This document shows, in pieces, positions 17,301-30,500 of a stretch of DNA of 64,000 bases. The stretch is from Heteronotia binoei (taxonomy: Eukaryota). Position 1 is the first letter of the stretch, and each line of letters begins with the position of its first letter. The stretch lies in NCBI RefSeq assembly GCF_032191835.1, contig NC_083225.1, forward strand, positions 149,544,001-149,608,000, given 5' to 3'. Below the pieces are notes generated by a model. The model did no database searches. It worked only from the letters and a program-made list of their open reading frames with translations, and was not told where the DNA came from. The position numbers and the translations under genes are program-made.

Positions 17301-20300
17301 GAACTGTCTTTGTCAATATTCTATATTAATTCAACTTAAAGTCTTTTGAGGCCTTTTCTGCCAGTGTTTTGATGGGGTGAGAGGAATCGCCTTTCCTCTA
17401 GTCTTTGATGTAGCAGCTCCCTGAACAGTCTTTGCCTTGAGACTGGCTGTTGCCAGGGCCTAGCTATCTCCACAGCTGTTCAGCCCTCCCTCATCTACAG
17501 CTTTCTCAGCTCTCAGGTTTTTCCATCTCCTGAGAGGATTCTCTGCTGCAGCTACTGAGACTTTAGGTCTGTCCCTGTTTCCTGAATTTCTTCTGATCTT
17601 CGTCTCAGCTTTTTTCTGGCTGACTAAGCTAGGTCTCCTTATACATTGCACGAGGGCTGAAAAATCTGACTTGATTGGCTGCTATCAAAGTTTGCTAAAA
17701 GGGCCAATAGAATTGCTATGTTCTCCTGCTGTCTGATTTGTCTCTCTCTAACCAGGCTAAGGGACCAATATGACAGCGCTATTTTCCTCCTCCTCTAATT
17801 GATTAGTTTTACAAAACCTAAATTTAGGTTTTACAAAACCTAAATTTGCATGATTATTCAAATTTCTTTTATACACACACACACCCCTTAAATTCATTCT
17901 AATACATATATTTACAGTTACACACACACCAATTATACATGGGTTTTTTGGTTTCTTCACAAGTGCCATTTCGAGCACCTACTACATACTGCATGTTGGG
18001 ATGCGTGCTTTCCCTGGGTACTCAATACCTTTATGTTGGGTTCTCAAGACCTGTTGCTGTTAGTTTTCCTGAAGCTTTATATAAATAAATTGTCCTGTGG
18101 ATGTTGCACCATGGATCTTCTTCTGAATACTTCTGCACCTGTGTACACCTGTGAATAGTACTGAACATGGGTGAGGAGGATTCTACTCTTTTTTGTACTG
18201 GTGGAAGATGATAAAAATGGGGGAGCAAATTACATCTTCCCATTCCTTCCCCCAGACTTAGGGAACTGCTATATGTAGACTGTAGTGCAGTAGACCAGTG
18301 TTGGGATGTGGCTCTATTTACCATGTTGGAATCCTTGGCTGGATTGCTAGCGTGGGGCAAGAAAAGCATCACTGTGTGGAGCATACATACTTGTAATTGG
18401 CAGTGCCTTTCAGCTCTACTTGGTATGTATTTTTATCTAATTTCACTGGTAGTTTGCCCCACCCCAAAAGCTTCGAATAAGTAGCATTAGCCTCCCCATA
18501 TACTTAACTGGCAGAGGAGACACCACCTGACATCCCCACATAGAAGTGCTACTGTGCAGCCCAACTTGAACATCAAATAGCAGATGAAATTTGAAAAGCC
18601 TTTAAAAGTTTCTGTAAGATGCTGCAGACTTGGGCTTGGTGAGTCTTCAGAGAAAACTAATCCCACAGAACTGCAGCATTTACTAGGGCCGAGTATCCTG
18701 TCCCTTTCATTTAATCAAATTCTTCAGAAACTGTTCCCCAAAACAGCAGCTCTGGTGTGGGTATGTGCCCATTTTCCACAGTGAAAAAACAGACAAGGAA
18801 TTCATTTAGTTTCTTTGCCATTTCCTTATCTTTTTTAACATTTCTTTATTAATCTGAGCTTGAAAACATACATATGATTGTCAGTTGACATTGTCAATTT
18901 TTGTAGTGCTTAAGAACTCTACAGAAATTCACTATGTGGTGTTTTTATATTAGTGTATTTGAAATTAGCTTGCTTAAAGATTTTGGGAGAATCTTATTTA
19001 TTTACACTTATGATCAGTTAATGAAGACAGGGTGCTTGCACTCTACATGACACCATAGGAGGTTTTTTTGTTTCCACAGTGAGATGCATGATGTATGGCT
19101 TTGGAGATGACCAGAATCCTTACACTGAATCTGTGGATATTCTTGAAGATCTGGTCATTGAATTCATCACAGAAATGGTAGGTCTTACTGGTATAGTTGC
19201 ACTGAAGTGGGGTAGCCAGAGTAATGGGACTTGGGTTGTTTTCTTCCTGTGTTTTAGTTTAACTTGAAACTGAGGCTAGAAACACTTGAGGGAAAGACCT
19301 GTACTCATGCTAAAACATGTTGCCTGGGTGAAAGGCAGGCAGAAAATTGCCTGTAAAGAGATTGCACCATGTGTCCACCTGAATGTAGTCTTCTCCATTT
19401 ACATGGGTGGCTGTTTAAAAATACCCAAAGGCCAGGCCAGAATCTCTTACTTTTTTGAACATGTTAGGGAGATGTAACCCAAACAATAAATTTTCCACAT
19501 GTAGAAAGTTCTTCATATGGGATGGTAGTCATGAGAGAGGACTGCATCATGTGCAGCATATTTAAATTTGTCTGCAGGCTGAATTGTTCAGATGCCCCTC
19601 ATAGGCAAGTGCTGTCTACTCTGACTCATAGTGGTTTGGAGGAAGGGAGAGCAATGTTATGGATACAGCTTTTTATCAGTCCTGGTATCAGTGATCCTTT
19701 AACAGGATGCTACCCATTCAGTGTGGGCCTTATCCATGTAAAGTATGTTGTAGTCTTCTCCCAATTAAAAAAAATATTCAGTAGTCTTTTCAGATTGTAG
19801 TATATGGAAGATGCCCCCCCTTAATGTTTAAGAATAGAATTCTGATTTCATATCGTCCCAAGAACTGTGTTTTTGTAGTAAACTTGTGAGAAAATTGGGT
19901 TCAGGAATAGTTACATCAGCAGTCTATGGGTTCCATAGCTGAGGATTTAAATCTATCATGTCCATGTCTAAACCCAGCATCCTTAATTTGTGCAACAGAA
20001 GTGTCTGATTTTTCAAAGATGTAACATTGACTTCCCCAATACTTATATTAAGACATTAAACCTTTTATTCTTGGTTGTGCAGAGTTAAAAGTTCTGCTGC
20101 TGCATCAAGAATGCAGGCCACCATACATACATTCGTATGCTGATGTGTGCATCCCAAGGGAAGAGCATTCATTTGCTAGCACACCAGATTTTACAGCTTG
20201 ATTCCCTTTGTTTACCAGGAAGTAAGTTTGGGTCCAACAGAACTTGCTTCCAAGTGTGTCAGATATTAACTTACTAACTTCAGTCCCTGATCTTTTTTTG

Positions 20301-23117
20301 TGTATAAACAATTTTATTGGTAACATATGGTAGCAAATCTATATCAATATCTTACAACTTAAAGAAAAATTTATCTATCCCATATCTTACTTTTCCCCCA
20401 CCCCTCCCCCCGTTATTTGACCCCCACCAGTGTTATTTACTTTAAAAAATCCCAAATATTAAAGGTACCCTTAACTATTAAGAAAACCAAAAGTTATATT
20501 CTTCTTTTAAAACTTAATCATTATCAAAAATTGTCCAATGTCCTTTTATTTTCCACTCTTTTTCTACGTATCTTCTGAACTTCTTCCACTCCATCTTAAA
20601 AACTTCCAAATCATAGTCTCTTAATATTCTTGTTAATTTGTCCATTTCACTCCATGTCATAACTTTTATAATCCAATCCCATTTTTCTGGAATTTTTTCT
20701 TGCTTCCACAACTGCGCCTACAATGTCTATCTTCTTTTGGAAATGTTTCCATTTGTAGTCCCAACAGAAAAGTCTCTGCAGCTTTGTTAAACTCATATCC
20801 CAAGATCTTAGAAATCTCTTGCTGAATCATCTGCCAAAACATTTTAGCTCTTTCACAAGTCCACCACATATGGTAGAAAGAACCTTCATGCTTTTTACAT
20901 TTCCAACATCTGTCTAGCATCTTATTATTCATCTTTGCCAATTTTTTAGCAAAAAAAAAAATCAGTGCCTTTTCAAAATTTTTATTCATGATCCTTCCCA
21001 CCATTTTCTTTGTCATATATCTTATAACAACATTTCTTGGTAGATTATTTTTCTTGGCAAAAAGTGAATTCACTCTGTACACATAGTCATACATATTTTT
21101 AGTCTCTTCAGGATCTTCATCTAAAAATTCTGCAATTATTTTTATTATATATCCTTTCTAGTCACCATCCTCCACTTCAGGTACTCCTCTCAGACGTATC
21201 TGAGTTTCCATCAATTTGCAGTCATGGATTGTCATATACTTTCATTGGAATCATATACTTTCATTGGATTGGAATCATTGGATTGGAATCATATACTTTC
21301 ATTTTTCCTTCTTCTTCCTGCACTTTCTTAGATGTTTCCCCAGTTTCCTTTCTGAGATCTTCTATATCCTTTTTAATCTCTGCAATAATTTCTTCTTTCG
21401 ATTAATCTATCATCTTCCTTACCCCTCTCATCATTCTGGCTTCCATCGCGTCCAATTGTTCCTGCATCTTCTCCAATGAAAGAGCCCTTCTTCGGGGCTG
21501 CTTGGCTTCAGACATTTAAAAACACCCAAAATTTTAACCTCACAGATTTCGGATTTAACTGTCAGGTTCAAAAGATTAGGGCTTGCTTTTTATAATAAAC
21601 TTAGTTTCACCTTCCTCAGAGCTTCCTAGACCAAGATATAAATTTTTAAAACTTTTAAACCCTTCAAAAAGCAACGAAATTTTAGATCTCACCGATTTTC
21701 ATTTTGACTGTCAGATTCAAAAGAGTAGGACTTGCCCTTTACTTGCCCTTTACGGCAAGCCCAATTTCGCCATCCTCTGAGCTCCCAAAGTCCAGATATT
21801 TATTTTTAAAGTTTTTAAATTTTCCAAAATTGCGGCTGCAACTTTTTATTACTTCCTGCAATTTCTTTTCCCTTTTAAAAATTTCTGAGGACCACACAAA
21901 TAATATGACCAATAGTTATCTTCTTACCCTGTTTTCAGTTGATTCCAACAATTTATACTGTCCTGAATTCTTTTTATAACAATGTTTATAATTTAGCCTC
22001 CCAGCAATGGCCGCCGATGTTTCTCAATGGTATATATTCCTAGAGTAGGTTTTCTTTCCACTACTTCCTGTTTTTGTTACCACAAAGTCACAAGGAGATC
22101 TCACAATACTTGACATATTTCCTGTCTTGCTCAGATGTGCTGCAGGTCTGTTCCAGTATGACGATGCTGCTTTTACTTCCAAAACCGCAAGTAGACAAAA
22201 CAATAAATTCCTTCTCACTTTTTAGCAGTTTTTAACACTGTCCTTTATATTTATAAAATCCAAATTTCACCTCTTCCTTCCCTCTTCTTCCAAGCTCTCT
22301 ATATTTTCTTTTCCCACCTTTTAACTTTGTCCCTTTAAGCTATAAATAGCTCCGGAATGAAAAAATAATCTTCTGTACCTTTTCTTCCAATTATCCAAGT
22401 TTCCACTGGTCTTTCAAAGCTTTAGATGTTTAGCAATGTCCAAGGTTAGGATCCTGATGAGCTTATGTCAAATAAATGACTCTGGGCAGTTCTGCAGACG
22501 ATGACTATGCAACTTCTCCTGAGACCCCTCAAAGAAGTCCCCTCCGGGGTTCCCTTTTAGCCAAGGTAAATCTCCTTAAAATTTTCTGAGCATGTCTTGG
22601 ACTATTCTGTAACTGAGAAAAGTAAGCAGTAGGCATTAATTTGCCTTCCACTACCCCAAACAGAAGTTCCAGCCTGCTCCTGTTATGAGAGACAGCTCAG
22701 CTCGGCATTTTCCTCCCCCAGAAGTTCTCTTCAGTCCCTGATCTTTAATGTTAGAGGAGGCTGGATCTTGCAGAAGAGTTTGTGTAAGGAGTTGGCAGAG
22801 TGGCTATCTTCTTCCAACAAGCTACTGTTTGTCCCAAAAATCTTTTTTGGGGATCAAGGGATGGTAGTATAGTGTGGAAGCTGGGAACAGGCAAAAATCA
22901 CCTCTCAACTGATGTTTTCTGAATTAAATTCATTGTTTCTTACCAGACCCACAAAGCAATGTCAATTGGACGGCAAGGACGAGTACAGGTTGAAGATATT
23001 GTGTTCTTGATCCGTAAAGATCCACGGAAGTTTGCTCGTGTGAAAGACTTGTTGACCATGAATGAAGAACTGAAACGGGCTAGAAAAGCATTTGATGAAG
23101 CAAATTATGGATCCTGA
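14281..23117 (+). CDS. TAF13: TFIID subunit 13; join(14281..14307,15757..15835,19080..19177,22947..23117), 124 aa
   Basis: Translates MADEEEDPPFEEDTEEAGGGPDGAQGKRKRLFSKELRCMMYGFGDDQNPYTESVDILEDLVIEFITEMTHKAMSIGRQGRVQVEDIVFLIRKDPRKFARVKDLLTMNEELKRARKAFDEANYGS*, near-identical to vertebrate TAF13. Splice sites are canonical. Confidence 0.98.
17158..18024 (-). mobile_element. Candidate solo LTR in TAF13 intron 2
   Basis: Imperfect inverted ends tgttactcaggg / ccctgggtactca. On the minus strand: CCAAT, then TATA-like tgtataagg, then ATTAAA, in U3-R-U5 order. No TSD found. Confidence 0.35.
20296..22728 (-). mobile_element. Internally deleted, TSD-flanked L1-clade element (ORF1 remnant fused to ORF2 C-terminus; no EN or RT)
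   Basis: Perfect 18-bp TSD cttcagtccctgatcttt at 20278-20295 and 22729-22746; poly(T) on plus at the 3' end; CCHC motif RCWKCKKHEGSFYHMWWTC; ORF1-like LPRNVVIRY. Confidence 0.85.
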
Positions 23118-23880
23118 AGCCTTTTGTGTAGCAGATTCGTAGTGCATGCAGAACATAAAAAATGCTTCTGCTTTGAACTGTACTTTTTCCTTGGAGCCAG
23201 GAAATACATTGATCCTGCTGGACCAGCTTGCTTCGTTTGAACTACAAGCCTAGTTGGCTGCCTGCTACCAACAAAAACTGCTCTAGTTAACATTTGTTCA
23301 CTCAGTTGTGTCAGGAATTTTTTTAATTTTGTAAGTGTATGTAATATAAAATTGGTTGTCCATTTTTCTTTTAAAGATAATAGTAAGTTTTAGAAATAAG
23401 TTTGGGTGATCCTTGGCCTCATACAGTGGGGCGTGCTTGAACTTTCATTGCAAACCCTTTGTTCAGGGAGTTCATTAAACCTCTACTATGAAAACCTATG
23501 TGAACAGGTTTCATACCAACAGTAATGGCTTCGAAGTGCAGTTCTGTTTTTAGTACTGAATTGTGCTTCTGAAACAGAGGTACTAGATGTATTTATCCTT
23601 TTAACAGTTCTACTACAGAGTCACTTTCATGCTTAGTAAGCAAGTTCTGCTCTCTAGTGTACATCTTAAAATGAAATCAATAACTTTCTATATACCTACA
23701 TGTTAAACTGAGAATCATTTAAAGGCAGGGTTTTTTGGGGGGTGGGGTTGTATTCAACCTTCAGTAAAAATCTGGAGTCCATAGTCATGGGTCTGTTTCA
23801 CTGTTCCCTAATGTGGTACCTGTGAGTGTTCTGGCATTTACTGTGTTTTCACTGAAGGCAAGACTTCCAGCCTTCATGCA

Positions 23881-23886
23881 AATAAA
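23881..23886 (+). terminator. Candidate polyadenylation signal of TAF13
   Basis: AATAAA about 760 nt after the stop codon. Nearer variant hexamers also exist. Confidence 0.35.
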
Positions 23887-24506
23887 GAACTTTTGATCTA
23901 AATCCTCCCCACTGCTCACTGCAGAAGGATCCAGAATCAGCTAAGCAGGGCTTGCTGATCCATTGTGTAGCAGTGAGAAGGAGTGGGAAGATGGGGTAGG
24001 CTGGGGGACATGTGATTTATTTCAAGCACAGCACAAGGTAAGCCAAGAACTTCTCAAAGTCAGGGCAGGGACTACAGGGAGCAAGTCAAGTGGCTGCCTC
24101 CCTGGAGAAGACAAAGAGTGCTATATGCTGAAGCTGGGAGTAAAACTTGTTTTATTCCCTAGTTAGGTACCACCTTCATGCAGCACAAATGGTCCATGCA
24201 CTTAACCACTACACCAAACTGGCTTTCCTACATAAGCCAAAATGGCAGCATTTCATTTTCAAACCTGATGTGAGAAAGAAATAGGCAGACAGAAGGGGAA
24301 AAAAGAAAGAAGGTGCAATATCTTTGAGGGGGGATGATCACCAATGTAGGAAGGGAGACTGAAACTCACCTTCACAGTTTTATGGGTCCTTCTCTTGGAA
24401 ACATTTAGAATTGCTGCAGTGTGTGCCTAACACATTGTAATAGAGCATACCTTTGTTTCATAAAAACACTCAAAGACAATCAAATCCAATTTAATGTAAT
24501 ATAGCA

Positions 24507-27500
24507 CTATATGCCTATTGCTTCAAAAATGTCATCAATATCATCTTTACTCTTACTAATTTCCTCTTGTAGATGGGCAGGCTTTCCTTCTACTGCCTCA
24601 TCTGGTTCCCCAGCTATTCCTCTAGTACAGCTTTTGTCAGCATCTCTCACATTAGATGAATACTCAAACTGCTGAGCAAAAGAAATGGGAATGCCACCAC
24701 TTATAGTATCACTACAGATAGTCTTTTTCCAGTCAGGTACAAAGCAAGATCGTGTCTTCTTTGAGTTATGGCTTAGATTTCTGGAATGTTTGCGCTGCCT
24801 CTTTAGTCCAAGCCCCTGCTTTGGTTTCTGCCTAGAATATGACACTGTTAGGTATCTACAGATAGTCGTTTTCATGTAACCCAGTTTCCTCTGTAAACTG
24901 TAAAAGAAAGAGATGAGCAGCTGTTAACAACAATAGCAACAAGGAAGGCTGTTTTGACATTACTAGTTTTCAAACAGCCTCCACAATGAATCCAAATTGA
25001 TTATTCTGCATAAACAAATATTTTGTACAAGACGAGAGTTCTAACTAATCCAGAACAGCCTCCATTATTATTTTAAGTCCCAGACAGGAAGCAACACTTT
25101 TAACACCATGCCTTCAGCTGGAAACATCCTGCTTCACACCTTTTATAAGAAGCCTCCTGTGACAGTTCCACACAGTGATGCCACAGCACCTTGGTATTAC
25201 CACTCACTCTATTTTCATACTGATTTGATAGGATCAGATAATGTTTATAAATGATGTTACTACTGTGAGAGAAATAGAGGATCACAATGACAGGATCTGG
25301 GAGACCTAGGCTCAAATCCTGCCCTTGTAAGGGGGAAAAAGGAGGATATAAATTTTGTGCATAATAAAGTTCCTATTCCAAGGAGGCTTGCTGGTGACAT
25401 TGGGCCAGTTGTTCCCTCCCTCTAGCCTACCTTGCAGAGTGGCTACAGGAATAGGCCAGAGGGATGAACAGTAGTATGTGCTGCTTTAGATTCCTACTGG
25501 GGAGAAAAGCAAGGTGCTTAAATTAATGATCTAGGACTGCTGTGCAATACTAGCACAACACTGCTAGGAAAGATACACACACATGCACATGGAATGGGAG
25601 AAAAGATAGTTTGCATATTTCTGGATTGAAGGGGGCCAGAAAAGTGTAAACAGGGAAGTAAAGATCCTGTGAGACAGGGAACCAGAAAGGGTAATGTAAA
25701 TTTCACATGCTGATAAGATTTTTCGAATGAATAAATTATGCAAGGGTACATTTTAGCCCCTACTGCTTCTTCCCAACCTGATCATGCTCCCTCAGTTACA
25801 GACTTCATAGTCAAGAACAGTTACTGAACAGGCAGTGTATTGCCATAATGAACACACCTGCATCCCTGAGCTTCCACATGCTGCAGATGCCTGATTTTCA
25901 AAAGCTTCATTCCCAAGCAAAAAGCTTGTGATCTAAGTTTCTTGCTTTTGCACCAGTGGATTGTTGTTCTGAGTTCATTAGACAGTTCTTCAAAGGAATG
26001 CACTTCTTGCAATTTAGTCAAAAAAGGCTTAAGATGCTGAGATTTAAGGGATGTAGATCTCTTTTTAAAATGAGGAGGCTTTACTTGGAATTTGTTCTGA
26101 AATTAAAACAAAAAACAAGGAAATTAGTACCATCAGGACGTGTAAAAGAGAACCGTTTATCCTCTGCAGAAGAGATGCTGAGCACTAAATATTACACAAA
26201 GTCTCAGAAGTAAACTAGCAATCTGCTTTTACCACTGATGTGAATAAAAACTGATGTGATGCAGAATGCCTTGCCACTGGGGGCATGCATACCTCAACAG
26301 CACTTCAGATATCAGCTAGGAAATTCTACTGTATCCAGGGGAATGAACATATGCAATGAACATATGGAGCAGAGGTCCATCAGTGGCTATTAGCCACAAG
26401 GTACAGATAGAACTCTCTGTCTGGGGCAAGCGATGCTCTGTATTCTAGGTGCTTGGGGGTGGGGGGGGCAACAGTGGGACAGCTTCTAGTGTCCTGGCCC
26501 CACTGGACCTCCTGAGGGTACCTGGTTTTTTTAGCCATTGTGTGACAGAGTGTTGGACTGGATGGGCCATTGGCCTAATCCAACATGGCTTCTCTTGTTC
26601 ATTAAGCAGGCTTAGCATCATTGTATTAGCTCCTCCCCTCTACAAAGAGGAAGGAGGGACAAAGTTGTTCACATTAACAAAGCATTCCTAGTACAAACAG
26701 AACTGTTCAATATGTAATTTATCTAGCAACTAAACATGCAATAAGACATTGCAAAAATGACTAGCCTTCACGCTTACATTGTAAACTTAGATTTACTAAA
26801 TAACTAGAGCTAATAATATAAGCAGCCTTTCACAACTAATCAATGCAGCTGAAGGGAGCTTCATATATTTAAGATATGCAATGTAATTAACACAGAATGA
26901 TACAAACCATCTCTAGCAGTGCAGGATCAGGATGTCTACATAAAGTCCTAACATCGAATACTAAGTCATTTCCAAGATCTAGGAGAAAAAGAACAGTTGA
27001 TATAATAGTAATGTTCCATTTGTTTAGGATCATAGCCAAAGTAACAAAATTGTTCTTGAAATCAAAAGTGCTCACATTTTTCCTCATTCACTGTTACAGA
27101 GCATCTGTCTTTGGGAAGTAAATTTTCCTAGCAGTCTGGTTACATGGCATTCTGGGACAAGCAGCTAAAAAATTTACAACTTCAAAAGCATCCACACAAT
27201 TCCTGGACCAAAGAAGGCATGATCCAGTCCACTTCAGGCAGACTACTCTTACACAGAGGATTCCTGTAGGCTCAGAGCCCTGTCCCCCTCCCCTCCCCAG
27301 TCCCCTACACACACCTCCTGTTTCCCCATCCAGCTTGTAGACAGCTGGTTTCAGTGGGGATATGAAAGGTGCAAGGCCTCATGGCCTTATATGATGCTTG
27401 TATGCATATATGTAGACAGAAAAGTGTGTGTGCAGAGAGATATCTAGGGTTCTATTAAGCCTACAGAAATCCTCAACATGCAGCTACTGCACCCATAGTA

Positions 27501-30500
27501 GATTGGATCATACTGTTGAATTAAAGCTAGTCATGCAGTTCTAGCAATTTAATTATTACAAGGAACTGGGAAAACCAAAGACAGGAGAACTAAAAAAGAC
27601 TGCTCACACATTTGTTGTACAAGAATGGTCATCATCACCTATCTCTTCCACATTAAGAGGTTGTTACCTTGGTTGGTTCTGTTAATCTGAACTGGCTGTC
27701 CAACATCAAGGGATTTCAGCATTTTGTTTGTGAGTCTTGAAGGAACTGCTGCACGCACCAACTTCCTGGCCTTGCTTACTGAAAACCGTTTAGATAGCCA
27801 TGATGTTTCAGTCTTTTTTTTAAATGCCTTGGGCATTTTCTTCTGAATCTCCAAGTAGTCAGTTCCAAGAAATTCATTTATTTTAGAAGGAAAGGCAAAT
27901 TCTTTAATATAAGGCCTTGGCTGACTTTGTGAAACTTCCTGAAGCAATTCAAACAGGCTCTCATATAAAGAACTGAGGCTTTTTAGCACACCTCTGTAAA
28001 GAATCCTGATTTTAAAAAAGAAAGGGGAAAAAACATGAAAACACTCATATCTGTTAAGCAGCAGCCGTCTCTTATGCCCATTCTTTTCTCAAAGGACTCC
28101 AGCACCTTCCCAAACCTATTTCTACCTCCATTCAGTTGACCTAATCAACTCTCACCAATCGTAATGCTTAACATCGAGGAATCCATGTTTGAATTACTGA
28201 TGCCAGACTGACAGAAGGACCGGGAAAAATACAGTGAGAAGCTGAAGATACCTTCTCTGCCATTTTAGCAGTCCTTTTAAAAGTAAATGCTTGTAGATTG
28301 TTTTCCAGATTTTGGCATCTCAAACTCGATGGGGTCCACGGAGCTCGCTCGCGGCAGCCCCCTCAAACCAGGAGGTAGGAGGGGTGCCACAGCTGTGGCA
28401 CCCCAAGGAAGACTCTGGAGGGGCCTTCTGATAGCAAAGGGCTCCACAGGAGCCAGGGAAATGGCAGCAGCTAGTCCTTGCCTCTTCTGGCTGCCCCGAT
28501 GCTCCTCCATCGCAGTCACCATGATGGCAGCAAGAGATGAATACCTGCCTGCTTTTTCTAACAAGCTTCTACTATACTATATCATATTTCTACCTTAAAC
28601 ATCGAGATGCTACAGTGCAAGTAAGTCTTTCTTTTTATTACCACCAACTAATGGATCTTCTGGTATAATGCCAATCCAGACTGTTCAAAAAAAGGGGGAA
28701 GAGGAGGATATTTCCCCCCCTTTCTCTTTTCCCGAGTGAGGCTTCAAAAAGACAAAGAACAAACTTAACAACTCTTAAGAATTTAAATTGATCTGAACCG
28801 GGGTATTTGAATGGATTTGGCTTACAACTAAACAAGCTACAATAAGAGTATTGTTTTATCTTAATATGGTCTGAATAAAAATCACATATATTTTTAAGAG
28901 AAATGCTTCTGATATCTGATTGGGATGGAATTGATTACAAGCGGACTGTAAGAGGAAAGCACATAGCCGGAGGAGATTCAGAAAGATAGATTATCTGGGA
29001 CTTGGGAGTTGGTTTTTTAACTGATTACCAGACTGAGTTTAACTGTAGAGAAGATAACGATTCAACCAAATGAAGCGTTTTAAAAAAAAAGATGTTATGG
29101 TTGCCATATCTTCCTAAAAGTAGGAAATCGGTTTGTTGGCAGAGTTAATACAAGATAAGGTGGAAATCTTTGTTTTAAAACACAGCAAAATGGAAAATAT
29201 ATAAGAGTGGACTGATGAAGGGATCCCAGTGATGTCTATGGAAATGAAAGAGCTGGATAAAGATCCAGTTGGAAAGGAGTCGAAAGAAATCAAAATGGAG
29301 ACATTGTGTGCAGCTACGAAAAGGAGACGAAAATCAAGCCGGATTAAAGCTTTTGCAGGAGGAAGCGATGGCGTGGAGATCTCATTGTTTTCAATAAAAT
29401 GGATATATGTGCTAAAGTGAGAAAAGGCAGACTACTTTAAGAAGACCAAGTTGTGGAAAGCTTTTAAAAAGAAGGGATTATAGATTGTTGCTCTTTCTGG
29501 TAATTGGTTAACATGGAATTAATAAAAGGGAACTGGCGTAAGGCCTTGAATGGCTCAGAAACGACAAGCAAGACTTCCAGAGAAGCGTGACTTTGAAATG
29601 GCAAAGAGACTCTTAAAATCAGAATGCTGCTTTTCTGCTTGCTATTTGAATTATGAAGCGTATATTTTTAAAGTTAAATAGAGCAATTTAATAGAGAGTA
29701 GATTATAGAGAGGCATGATTTTTTCTATGGGTTAAAATAAATAAGGGTGAGAGAGGAGGCCATTTTCACTTAGAGATTCTATTTTTTTTAATCAAATAGA
29801 GCATTTTAATAGAGAGTGGATTATAAGAGAGTATACGATTTTTTTAATTCAAGAAAAATAATAAGTATGGAAAATGAGGCTGTCATTGCTTATTAAATTT
29901 GTGTCTGTTGTTCTTTCTCTCTTAGGGTAATATGAAAATAGGAGATATAGTCTCCAAAATGTTTAATGAAGTTAAATACTTAAAGTTAATTACTTAAATA
30001 TCTAACAGATAAATAACTAATTTGGATCAATTTTTAATAATCTAGACAACACAGGTATTTGGAAGCTTTAAAGATCTGTTCCTGCTTATTTTTTACTTTT
30101 TTAAAATAATAGATCCTGTTGATAATGTAACATAAAGTACTACTAGTTTTATTTTGGTCTTTTATTGTTTCTATTTTTATTTTTTTTTATGTTGGAAACA
30201 ATTAACGTAGTATTAAGGATAAAATGATTATATTCATCTTATCTGCTTACTATTATGGTTACTACTGTTAAAATTAGTACTTATCCCTAATATGGTTAAG
30301 ATTACTTAGTGGCTTTTATTTTGCGGTTGCCTTTGATGCTTTTCTCATTTGTTGGTATCAAAGATGAATAGTTTAGATTCATATTATAAGCATAAGTAGC
30401 AAAAAAAACCTATAATAGAATATGACTGTAGAATGTAATGGTTGTATTGGATTAAAATGTAAGACCTGCCAGTAGAAAAAATTTAATATCAGGTTTGAAA

